From an uncultured Acidobacteriota bacterium (GTDB lineage: Bacteria; Acidobacteriota; Terriglobia; UBA7540): DNA of 64,000 nucleotides. Below, piece after piece: positions 1 through 11,300 of this stretch. The stretch lies in assembly GCA_963804995.1 (NCBI GenBank), contig CAWDSK010000005.1, positions 1,184,001 to 1,248,000 of the forward strand, read 5' to 3'. The position numbers were made by a program, and so were the translations under genes. Each line of letters begins with the position of its first letter. Within the stretch, counting starts at the first letter, position 1. The notes beneath the pieces were generated by a model. The model had not been told where the DNA came from. It ran no database searches and was given only the letters and a program-made list of their open reading frames with translations.

Positions 1-2
1 GC

Positions 3-152
3 AACGACAAGAACTACTGGCAGCAGGTCGATGCCTATGTCACCGAGCACTCCGAGGCTCAATTCAGCCACGGGATCTGCCCGGACTGCTTCGAGAGCAT
101 CGTAAAGCCGGACCTCGCAGAGCTTTCTGCCGAATCGGAGTCTGCGGCATGA
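3..152 (+). CDS. 3' end of a response-regulator/PAS-type signalling protein with the C-terminal Cys motif (YWQQVDAY...FSHGICPDC); partial at window edge
   Basis: Frame 3 reads NDKNYWQQVDAYVTEHSEAQFSHGICPDCFESIVKP...AA*. The stop overlaps the next ATG (ATGA). Confidence 0.8.
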   Translation, partial: NDKNYWQQVDAYVTEHSEAQFSHGICPDCFESIVKPDLAELSAESESAA

Positions 153-3100
153 TGAATGATGACGACGATCAAAGGTGCGTCCCAAGAAGGAGGCCAGTCT
201 GGGAAAGCCTGATCATCTCCATAGGTGTGTTCATAGGAATGTCGTGGGCAGTTCAGGGCGCTGCCCGGCAGCATTCCGGCAGTCTAAGTAGTGCTCCACG
301 CCTGACGCACGCCGGGCAGATTCATAACTTCTCACCTGACCAACCTCCGGGCGAGCCGGTTCGGGTCGAACCCCTGACAACCATCGAGCAAGTCCGGGAA
401 CTCACCCGGCAGCAGGCCGCGCTAAAACCTGAACTTTGCCTGCGCGCGGTGGTTACCTTCTACGACCCAGCCAACGTCCAACTGTTCATCCAGGATGACA
501 CGGCGGGGATTTGGGTGGACACGCAGATTGGACCAAAGCCTGACTTGAAGGTGGGCGACTTGGTAGAGGTACGAGGCGTGGCGGTGTGGACTGACTTCGC
601 CCCGGATGTCGGCTCACCGCGGTTCCAAGTCCTGGGCCGGGCTCCTCTGCCCAGCGCGCTTAGGGCCTCGTTCAGCCGACTCACTTCGACCCACCTCAAC
701 AGCCGCCGGGTCGAGGTGGAGGGGGTCGTACTTGACGCGGCGAAGCAAGGAGACCAGCCACGGCTGACTGTCGAAGTCGACGGCGGCACTGTGAACGTCT
801 GGATTCCCCGTGTTCCCGGCCCGATTCCCGCCAATCTCGTGGATGCCAAGGTACGAGTTCAAGGCGTGATCGGCGCGACCTTCAACAAGAAGAATCAGTT
901 GATTTCGGTACGACTAAATGTTCCCAGCCTTGCGGACGTGCATGTGATAGAGGTAGGCCCCCGGGACCCCTTCGCTGGCCCCGTCCGTAGCATTTCCAGC
1001 CTTCTGCGCTTCGTACCCAAGAATGAGCCTGGGCGCGTCAGGGTGCGAGGCGTTGTCACCCTTCAGCAAGTTGGGCGGGGCCTCTTCATCCAGGACGGAA
1101 ACGATGGGCTCTATGTTGAAAGTAACCAGAGGACACGTCTGGAAGTGGGAGACAACGTTGAGGTGGCGGGATTCCCGAGCGTGAGTCAGGGGCTATCACC
1201 CATCTTGAAACACGCCATTTTTCGAAGTTTGGGTACCCGCGCCCAGGTCTCTCCTCACCCCGTCGTCGCCCTGCAAGTACTCCAAGGAGAGCACGACTCT
1301 GAACTGGTCCGCATCACGGGCCACTTGCTGCACGACGAGGAGTTGCATGGCGAACGGGTGCTCACAATGGAAGCCGACTCCGCCACCTTTGATGTTGATT
1401 TGCGGCCCCATGGTCGCAGCCAGGGTTTGCCCCCTCTCGAAATCGGCAGCCTCCTGGAATTAACCGGCGTCTGCTCTGTCCAGGCCAATGATGAAGGTGT
1501 GCCCACCGACTTTTGGATTATTCTGCGCTCCGGGCAGGACATCGCGGTCCTTCGCACTCCCTCCTGGTGGACCGCCACGCATGCCTTGAGCGTCCTGGGC
1601 TTGGCAATTCTGGCGGGAGTGTTCTCCCTGTTTTGGATACACGCTTTGCGGCGGCGGGTGCGCCGACAAACGGAGATCATCCGGCTCCAGATGGAGAGCG
1701 AAGCCGCCCTGCAACGCCACTACCGCGACCTATTCGAAAACGCCGCCGATGTCATTTACACGCTCGATCTCAAAGGGAATTTCACTTCTCTGAACAAAGC
1801 AGGTGAAAGGCTGCTCGGCCTCACCCGCCATCAAATTCAAGGCAAGAACCTTTCAGAAGTAGCGGCGCCGGAAAACCACGACTTGGCTCGAAGATCTGCT
1901 CCAGCGGAACCTCGAGGGCGCGGCGGTGACGGTGTGCGAAATGGTGGTCATGACCGGAGACGGCAAGCGGCTTTCGTTGGAAGTAAATTCCCGGCTGATC
2001 CATGTGGGTGGTAAGCCCGCCGGCGTGCAAGGGATCGCGCGCGATATCACGGACCGCAAGCGGACAGAGGACCAGCTTCGGAAACTCTCCTGCGCGGTCG
2101 AGCAGAGCGCAACCAGCGTCGTTATCACAGACGTCCGCGGCAACATCGAATATGTCAACCCGAGATTCACTGAGTTGACCGGCTACACCATGGAAGAAGC
2201 CCTCGGGAAGAACCCCCGCATTCTGAAATCCGGGGAACACTCCGCAGAAATGTACAAGCAGCTTTGGCGGACCGTCACTTCCGGGGGCAAGTGGACGGGT
2301 GAATTCCATAATAAGAAAAGGAATGGCGATCTCTACTGGGAGTCTGCCGTGATTTCGCCCATCCGAAACGCGGAGGGAGTGACCACGCATTTCCTGGCGG
2401 TCAAGGAAGACATCACGGAGCGCAAGCGGGCCGAAGAAACTCTCTCCCAAGAGCGCAATCTCCTGCGCACTGTGTTCGACAATCTGCCCGGTTATGCGGG
2501 TGTTAAGGACACCGAAAGTCGGATTATTATTTGCAACACAGGGCTCGCTCATCTGCTGGGGGCGGCAAAAGCAGAGGAACTGCTGGGAAAGACGGACTTT
2601 GACTTCTTCCCCCACGAAGTGGCGGAGAATTATCGTTCGAGCCGAACTAGAGATCATTCAATCAGGCCAGGCCCTGGTCGGCGGCGAAAAAACTGTCGTG
2701 GATAGAAGTGGTAACAAGAAATGGTTGTTAACCACCAAAGTGCCGTTCAAGGATGCTCTGGGAAATATCTTAGGGCTGGTCAGCATAAGCCAGGATATCA
2801 CCGAGCGCAAGCGGGCGGAAGCCGAGAATGCGCGCCTGGCTCTCGTCGTGAATTCCTCGGATGACGCCATTTTCAGCCTTACCCGCGAAGGCCTCATCGT
2901 CACCTGGAATGCCGGGGCGGAGCGCATGTATGGTTACACGGCAGAGGAAATCAAGGGAAAGCACTTTTCTACCTTTGTTCCTGAGGACCTGCGAGGCGGC
3001 TTAACCGCCATTGACGAAAAACTTTCTCGGGCGGAAGCCGTCAGGCATTTGGAACATGTGAACATCCGGAAGGACGGATTGAGGTTTCCCGTGTCCCTGA

Positions 3101-5169
3101 CTCTTTCCCCCCTCAAGGACGCTGCCGGTCTGGTTACCGGGGTATCGACGATTGTTCGCGACATCACGGAGCAGAAGCGAGCGGCGGCCGAACTCCAGCG
3201 TGCCAAGGAATCCGCCGAAGCCACCAGCCGCGCCAAGAGCGAATTTGTGGCCAACATGAGCCACGAGATCCGGACCCCCATGAACGGCATCATCGGCATG
3301 ACGGATTTGGCGCTTGATACGGCATTGACTTCCGAACAACGCGAGTACCTCACCATGGTCCGGGATTCCGCCGATTCCTTGCTGACCATCATCAACGACA
3401 TCCTTGATTTTTCCAAGATTGAAGCCGGCAAGCTGGGTCTGGACCCGGCGGAATTCAATCTCCAGGATGTTCTCACCAACACCTTGAGGTCGCTGGCGGT
3501 GCGGGCAAGCCAGAAGGGGCTGGAATTAGCATGGGGCGTAAAGGCCGGAGTTCCGGAGCGCGTCATTGGGGATGCTGGGCGCCTTCGCCAGGTGATCGTG
3601 AACCTGGTGGGGAACGCCATTAAATTCACCGAGCACGGTGAGGTGGTGGTAGGTGTCGAAGTCGAATCCCAGCAAGCCCAAAGTGTCGTACTGCACTTTA
3701 CGGTCCGCGATACGGGGATCGGCATAGCTCCAGAAGAACAAAAGCAGATCTTTGAGGCCTTTACGCAAGCCGACAATTCGATGAGCCGGAAGTACGGAGG
3801 GACAGGCCTCGGCCTGACAATCTCTTCGCGGTTGGTTGAGATGATGGACGGCAACATCTGGCTGGAGAGCGCTTTAGGTGAGGGAAGCACCTTCCACTTC
3901 ACCGCCCGGTTGGGCCAAGCCAAGGCCGCGGCGGAGGAATCTTCTCCCAAGAACATCATCAGCCTGCAGGACCTTCCCGTCCTTGTCGTGGACGATAACG
4001 CCACCAACCGGAAGATTCTGGAGGCGATGTTAACCCACTGGTTGATGCGGCCGGAGATGGCTTCGAGCGGGGAGGAAGGCCTCGCAGCACTGGAACGGGC
4101 CGCTGCCGCCGGGTCACCTTTCCCGCTGGTTCTTCTCGACGCTCAAATGCCGGAGATGGACGGCTTTGCTTTGGCGGAGAGGATCAAGCAAAACCCCCAA
4201 CTTGCAGGGGCAACCATCATGATGCTGACCTCCGCCGGACAGCGCGGTGACACTATTCGTTGCCGGGAGCTGGGAATCGGCGTGTATCTCATCAAGCCGA
4301 TCCGGCAGTCAGAATTGCTCGAGGCAATCGTGGAAGCCATGGGGAAATCCTTCCATCAGGATCGCGCCACGGTCATTACCCGCCATAGCCTTCGCGAAAA
4401 CCGCCGGAAGTTCCACATTCTTCTCGCTGAGGACAATGAGGTCAACCGGCTCCTCGCGGTACGCCTTCTCGAGAAGCTCGGCCACGTCGTGACGGTCACT
4501 TCCAACGGCAGCGAGGCGTTGGCCATGCTTAAAAAGGCTCGATTTGACCTGGTATTGATGGATGTTCAAATGCCCAAGATGAATGGTTTCCAGACCACTG
4601 CTGCAATCCGAAAAGAAGAGGAATCCACCGGGGAACATCTCCCCATCATCGCGATGACGGCGCATGCGATGGAGGGTGATCGCGAGCGCTGCCTCGCCGC
4701 CGGCATGGATGGCTACGTCGCCAAACCCATACAGGTTGAAAGCCTGGTCAACGCCATTGAGAACGTCGGTCAGGCTCCCGAAGTCGCCAAAGTGGCAAAA
4801 CCGGCAACGCCCCGGCAGCAGGACCCGATCGATACCGCGTCAGCCCTGGCGCGGGTGGAAGGGGACGTCGAGCTTCTAATGGAGATGGTTGCCCTGTTCC
4901 TCGAGGAACTTCCCGATTTGCTGACAACCCTTCGAGAGGCGGTCACGGCGGGGGATGCCGGCGCAATCGAACGCGCCGCACACAAGCTCAAGGGATCGGT
5001 GGGCAATTTCGCAGCTCGGCCGGCCTTCGAGGCAGCTTTGAAATTGGAAGTCCTGGGCAGGGAGCGCAACCTGTCCGAAGCTGAGCCCGCCTATGGCGAA
5101 CTGGAAAAGGAAATCCAACGGCTCAGATCGGCGATGGCCATGTTGAGCGAATTGGAGGTACGCCCATGA
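149..5169 (+). CDS. Hybrid sensor histidine kinase: OB-fold-like periplasmic repeats, TM, 4 PAS, HisKA, HATPase, REC, REC, Hpt; two +1 frameshifts (~1891, ~2636)
   Basis: ORFs 149-2014, 1926-2705 and 2494-5169 join into one protein. H-box FVANMSHEIRTPMNGIIG, G-boxes DTGIGI and GGTGLGL, two receivers (LLDAQMP, LMDVQMP), Hpt AAHKLKGS. Confidence 0.9.
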
Positions 5170-5576
5170 AAATCTTGATTGCGGACGATGACCGCGTGCA
5201 CGTGCGCCTGGTTTCGAATTACCTCAAGCAACGGGGACTTGAGCCCACACCTGTTTACGACGGGATGCAGACTATGATGTTCGCGCGACGGACAAACCCC
5301 GCCTTGATTCTGCTTGATATCAGCATGCCCGCCGGCAATGGCTTCGAGGTACTGAAGAAGCTCAAAGCGTCCACCGTCGCCGGCCTGATCCCCGTCATCG
5401 TGGTGAGCGGCAGTATCGACGCGGAAGCTGAGCGAAAAGTCATCGAGGGCGGCGCCGATGCTTTTGTGCGCAAACCGCCCGACTTGGGCAAGCTTTATGC
5501 AATCATTTGCCAAATCCTCGGACTCCCCGGCGAGCCGCAACCCGAACCCAGCCTGGCGAAACGCGAAGCCTTCTGA
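5166..5576 (+). CDS. Single-domain response regulator (CheY-like receiver)
   Basis: ILIADDD, LLDISMP, FVRKP; ATGA-coupled to the kinase. Confidence 0.9.
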   Translation: MKILIADDDRVHVRLVSNYLKQRGLEPTPVYDGMQTMMFARRTNPALILLDISMPAGNGFEVLKKLKASTVAGLIPVIVVSGSIDAEAERKVIEGGADAFVRKPPDLGKLYAIICQILGLPGEPQPEPSLAKREAF

Positions 5577-5611
5577 GCCGGGTTTTGTAGATTCTGATAT
5601 CACGCCTGACG

Positions 5612-7375
5612 ATGGAAACTCCGGCAGAATTGGCGGGTAAATCCTCTATGTTGATTTCGCGGCGCAAATCAATCTTGCATCTCACCACCCTCCTTGCCTG
5701 TCTCACCGTCGCTGTGCCGGTAAAGGCCCAAGAATACAGTTTCCGCTACTACGGAACAGAAGATGGCCTGACCAATCTGGCGGTGAAAGTCCTTTTTCAG
5801 GACCGCACGGGCTTCCTGTGGGCCGGAACGGAAGGCGGCGTGTTCCGATACGATGGGGAGTGGTTTCAGCGCTACGGGTCCGCAGAGGGTCTTCCTCAGG
5901 AGGTAGTCCTGAGTCTGGGCGAGGTGCCGGATGGAAGCGTGCTGGCGGGGTACCGGGGGGCCTCTATCAACAACAGGGCCGCAGTTTCGAAAGAGTGCCA
6001 CTCCCGGGCGGAGGCATCGATAGCTACAGCGCGATTCAGTTCGACGGCGAAAGGCGAACCTTCATCGGCACCGAACGGGGACTAGTGGTGGCAACTCGAT
6101 CGTATCTTTGCGGCGATTATGCACTTAGCCTGTTCGCCACGCCTGCCGGTACAGACGGACCTAGCGCGCACGGAGTTTTTCTGGAGGAAGGTGTGCTGTG
6201 GTACGGTTGCGGCACCGGTCTTTGCCGGATTACAGGAGAGCAAGTCACAGTCTTCGGCGAGGCAGAGGGTCTTCCGAAGGGAAATGGATGAGTATCCGCC
6301 TTGATGGAAACGGCGACCTTTGGGTGCACGACCAGCAGAAGTTCGCGGTACTGCCGCATGGAAGCACACGCTTTGATGCCTCCGATCCAGGGTTTCCGCA
6401 AACGGCCGGTAGCTGACAGATGGAAGTGGACGGCATGGGCAGGTTGCTGGTGCCCACCATCGAAGGCCTGACCATCAACGAAGGGGGCATTTCCAAACCG
6501 TGGGCGGCCGCCAGGGCTTGCGAGGTCCTGTCTATTCTGTGCTGCGCGATCGGGAGGGGTCCATCTGGCTGGGCATGGCCGGGCACGGATTAGCAAGATG
6601 GAGAGGCTACGGCGAGTGGGAAGCCTTCACTTCCCAAAGCGGTCTGGCCAGCGAGTTGATCTATCAGATTCTGCCTTTGGGCAAATGGCACGGTACTCGT
6701 CGGCACGGAGGACGGCCTGTTCACCGGGCGAAAGCAGGAAGACCATTGGGCTTGGCAAAGGGACTCCCGGGTGGGAAGAATGCCGGTCCACACCCTGCAG
6801 CTGGAAGAGAACGGAAGTGTCTGGCTGGGTACCGAGCGCCACGGCGCGGGCCGCATCGACTCGCGCACCGGGCGAATCGAGTAGTTCAAGCAGGATCGCG
6901 GTCTGGGGGGGGTATTGCCTTACTCTCTGGCGATCGACCGCTCACACCGGGTCTGGGCGGCCACAGATAACGATCTCTACGTCGCGGAACTCTCCAGAAA
7001 GCGCTTCCGGCGCGTGGAGGAGGTTCCAGCGGTTCGTTGCTACGCCGTAACCGAAGGGCCGGCTGGCGAGATTCTGGTCGGCTCAAACAATGGAATCTTC
7101 CGGCTGGCGGGAGGCCGCTGGCGGCAGATCACGACAGCCGACGGGCTGCGCCACGATGTCGTTCTGACAGTCACCGCGTCCCAGCGCAACGAATTCTGGG
7201 TGGGCTATTGGTACTCCGGCAGCGTGACACGCGTCCGGGTGGAGGGTGATCGCCTGTCCATGACCCACTTCGGCAGCGAACTGGGGCTGCGAGGGGACAT
7301 GACTTACTTCCTCGGATTCGATGCGCGCGGCCGATTGTGGGCAGGAACCGATCAAGGCGTGCGCGTCTTCAACGG
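5612..7375 (+). pseudogene. Decayed ligand-binding beta-propeller (two-component regulator propeller) sensor gene
   Basis: Propeller blades ([47 protein letters not shown]) are spread over several frames, with in-frame stops at 6414 (TGA) and 6882 (TAG). Truncated at ~7375. Confidence 0.85.
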
Positions 7376-7593
7376 CGATCCTACGAAAGAAGGAAGAGTC
7401 GACGGGAACCCACCTGCTAGTTATCGCTATGACCGCCCATGCCATGCAAGGTGACAAGGAGCGCTGCCTGGCTGCGGGCATGGACGGCTATATCTCGAAA
7501 CCCGTCAACGTTAAGGAATTTCTCGCGGTGGTTCAGGCGGTGCTGGCAAGGCCCACCATGGCTTCCGAGACCACCGTTACTGCCAACCGTTGA
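7372..7593 (+). pseudogene. C-terminal half of a hybrid-kinase receiver domain, fused to the propeller remnant
   Basis: [44 protein letters not shown] closely parallels the second REC at ~4600-4740. Confidence 0.8.
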
Positions 7594-7638
7594 CCCGGAA
7601 CGGTCGGGAATTTCCTTCTCACCTAGTACGTTGGGAGA

Positions 7639-7657
7639 CCCCCGGCATTGCCGGGGG
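7639..7657. repeat. Perfect GC-rich palindrome CCCCCGGCA-T-TGCCGGGGG, resembling IS200/IS605 subterminal hairpins or a REP
   Basis: 9-bp perfect arms are seen directly. No transposase nearby. Confidence 0.45.
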
Positions 7658-8164
7658 ACACTAGCGTGTATCTGTACATAGGGGAAGAGCGAAGCGCAAT
7701 GGACCCTGCCTCTTTCCCTTGGCAAGAAGTAGGCTAGCATCATAACTGGCCGGTGATGTAAAGACATCCGCGACACCTACCACGGATTCATTCTGGGGGA
7801 CGGCGCCCTTGAAGGGAACCCGGCTCCTTCCTGAGCATCTGGCTGCCGCTTGGGAAAAATCAAAAGGCTTTTGCTTCACATACCGAGAAGTTTCCGTCCA
7901 AAATGAAGTTTTTGGCAAAGGCACTGGTTCGCTCCGAGATCCTGGATGGAATTCTTGCGGATGACATGTTTGCGCACCACGGTTGTTATTCAACATTACC
8001 TGTCTATACATGTATTCTCGTCCTTTTTTCCTGTATCGATTTGTAGCAGTTTTCAGAAAGTGATACAGGTACCGTTCTGCCCCTCAGTCAAGAGCATCGT
8101 CTACACCCGCACGTAATCTCGGCAATTCAAATGAGTTAACTCTGACAAACGACTTGATGGCGAC

Positions 8165-8180
8165 TTGGAACTCGCCCTGC
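8165..8180 (+). promoter_or_regulatory. Candidate sigma54 -24/-12 promoter
   Basis: TTGGAACTCGCCCTGC has GG-N10-GC spacing, upstream of the kinase operon. A sigma54 activator is encoded in the window. Confidence 0.4.
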
Positions 8181-8336
8181 CCTTCCTATGGATGGCGAGT
8201 TAGGTTTGGCCGCTGGATTAAGTTCGTCGATTAGCTGAAGTGGGCTCAAGTTCTGTGGATGTTTTTAAATGCGACTGCCGGGTGGTGCCACCGTGTTAGC
8301 AGAAGTCGAGAGTGCCCAACTGCTTGGAGTGATGCC

Positions 8337-11300
8337 ATGAAGTCGCCGCGCGAGATCGTGCTTTCCTTTCTCCACCCAACAAGTTCCGTGTCTCATAGGG
8401 TGATCGGACGCACAGGGATTCGTGTTGCAGCGCTAACTTCGGTTTCTGGCAGCCCAGACCCTGCTGCCTGGCGCCATATTCGTCCTTTGATTTACCTCTT
8501 CTTCGCGGTGACGGGGGGGATGGCAGCATACGAGTGGCTGAAAATGCTTGCCTTTCCGGGCGTCACAATGTGGGCGTCCTATTTGATGACGATCGGCGTC
8601 AGCGGTGCTGCGGCCGTCGTGGCGGGTTACTTTGTGTTGCAGAGGCAGTCTCGCTTACTGGAAAGGATGGGCGTGGAACTTCGCGGGCGCCAGCGGGCGG
8701 AAGTCACACGGAAAAGCGAGGAGAAATACCGTTCGCTCGTTTCGAACATTCCCAACGTCGTCTGGACGAAAGATGCCCAGTTACACATTGTTTTCACCAG
8801 CCCCAACATCGAAAGAATCAGCGGGTACGAGATCGATGAGGTCTACGAACAGCGCACTCGCCTCTTCTTAGAAAACATTCATCCAGATGACAATCAAAGA
8901 GTGAGGGAAGCTTTTGAAGCGCTCTTTGCGAGGGGGCAACCCTACGATGTTGAGTGTCGTCTCCGGCACAAGAACGGAGAATGGATTTGGGTGCACGACC
9001 GGGCTCTCGCAACCTATGAAAAAAACGGCGTCCGCTACGCTGACGGCCTGCTGTCAGACATCACCGCGCGCAAGCGAGCGGAAGAGGAACTGCATCAGTC
9101 GCGGCGGATGCTTCAATCCATCTTGGATGCAATTCCCCAACGCATCTTCTGGAAGGACAGGAACATTTCGTATGTAGGCTGTAACAAGACCTTCGCGAAT
9201 GATGCGGGGTTGAAAGACCCGGCAGAAATTCTCGGCAAGAATGATTATGAGCTTACTTCGAGAGAAACAGCAGAACGTTACCGCGCCGATGACAAGCTGG
9301 TGATGGAGTGCGGGACGCCCCGGCTCAACTTCGACGAACCCCAAAACAGGCCGGATGGAAGCTTGGTGTGGCTGCGCATTAACAAATTGCCCCTGCATGA
9401 CCGAGAAGGCAAAGTCATCGGGATCATAGGGACTTACGAAGACATCACCGAACGCAAGCGGGCGGAGCAGGCGTTACAGGATAGCCAATCCCGGCTCCAG
9501 GCCATTGTTGATTCGGTGCAGGCCGGGATTGTTGTCATCGATCCGGAGACACACCGGATCGTGGATGCCAACTCCGTGGCTCTTGAGTTGATTGGGGCGC
9601 CGCGCGATCAGGTCGTGGGCGCCGTGTGCCACAAGTTCATCTGTCCGGAGGAATGCGGACGCTGTCCGGTTTCCGATTTGAATCAGTCAGTGGACAACTC
9701 CGAGCGCGTTCTCCTGACCGTTTCAGGTAAGCGGCGAGAGATTATCAAAACGGTCGTACCCGTTGTCATCGCCGGGCGCAGGCACCTTTTGGAAAGCTTT
9801 ATCGATATCACCGGCCGCAAGCGGGCAGAAGCGGAAATGGCCGAACAGCACCGTTTGGCGACACTTGTGGCCGAAGTGGGGGTGGTGCTTACTCGGGCTG
9901 AGAGCCTATGTCAAGGCTTACAACAATGCGCGGAGATTCTAGTAAGCAACACCGGTGCTGCCTTCGCCCGCGTTTGGACGGTCAATGAAGAGGAAAACGT
10001 CCTCGAACTGCAGGCCAGCGCCGGGATGTACACTCACCTGGACGGTGGCCACGCCCGGGTACCCCTCGGGAAGTTCAAGATTGGGCGTATCGCCGAAAGA
10101 GGTGAGCCCCACTTGACGAACTCGGTGCAGGAAGATTCCTGGGTGGGAGATCCGGAATGGGCACGGCGGGAAGGCATGGTGGCGTTTGCGGGCCACCCCT
10201 TGAAAGTTGAGGACCGAGTATTGGGGGTGTTGGCCGCGTTTGCGCGCCAACCCCTCACGGAAGCCACGCTTCAGGCCTTTGCCTCCGTGGCCAACAATAT
10301 CGCCCAATTCATCAAGCGCAAGCGTGCCGAAGCGACCCGTGACTACCTGGCCTCAATTGTTGAATTCTCGGGTGATGCCATCATCGGTAAAACCCCTGAG
10401 GGGGTTGTGCGAAGTTGGAACGCCGGAGCGGAGAGGCTTTATGGCTATACGCCCTCGGAAATGATGGGGCAATCGGTTTTTCTCCTTGTTCCATCGGAGG
10501 ATCGGAAGGAAGTCGAGGACTTCCTCAATCGGGTCAAGCGGGGTGAGGCGATTGAGCCCCACGAGACGGTGAGGGTTACGAAGGGCGGTAGGCGCATCGA
10601 TGTGTCTGTCACCATTTCTCCTCTCAAGAGTGCCAGCGGCGACGTCGTGGGTGCTTCGACGTTTGCCCGCGACATCACCGAGCGCAAACGGGCGGAACAG
10701 GAGCTTTTATTCAAGACGGCACTTCTGAAGGCACAGGCGGAGACCACGCTCGACGGGATCCTTGTTTTGGATTTGACGGGTCACATACTTCTGGCCAACA
10801 GCCAATTTGCAAGAATGTGGAGTATTCCCGAGGAGGCAATCCGCACGAAGGACGACAAGAAGTTGATGGAGCATAGTTTAGGGCAACTTAGGGACGCCGA
10901 CGCCTTCCTAAAAAGAGTGAATTACCTTTACACCCACGCAAGTGAGAAATCGCGGGATGAAATTGAGCTCAAAGATGGGCGGGTTTTTGACAGGTACTCC
11001 TCTCCCCTCCAGGGCTCAACTGGCAAGCTTTACGGCAGGATCTGGTACTTTCGCGACATCACTGACCGTCACGAGCTGGAACGGATGAAAAGTGAGCTCG
11101 TTTCGGTGGTAAGCCACGAACTACGCACGCCTCTAACATCGATTCGCGGGGCCTTGGGACTACTGGCTGGTGGATTGCTGCGTTCCCAACCCGAAAAGGG
11201 GGAGCGGATGTTGGAGATCGCAGTCTCGAACACCGACCGCCTAGTGCGCCTAATCAACGATATTCTAGATCTTGAGCGCATGGAATCCGGCAAGATGAGT

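Noticed and set aside
2934..4007. Long antisense ORFs (also 13576-14445, 23554-24327, 50296-51540 and similar)
   Set aside because: Shadows of well-supported genes on the opposite strand in GC-rich DNA; no motifs.
2040..11070. Repeated GACATCACCGAGCGCAAGCGGGC-like DNA motifs
   Set aside because: Explained by the conserved DITERKRAE ends of PAS domains, not an independent repeat element.
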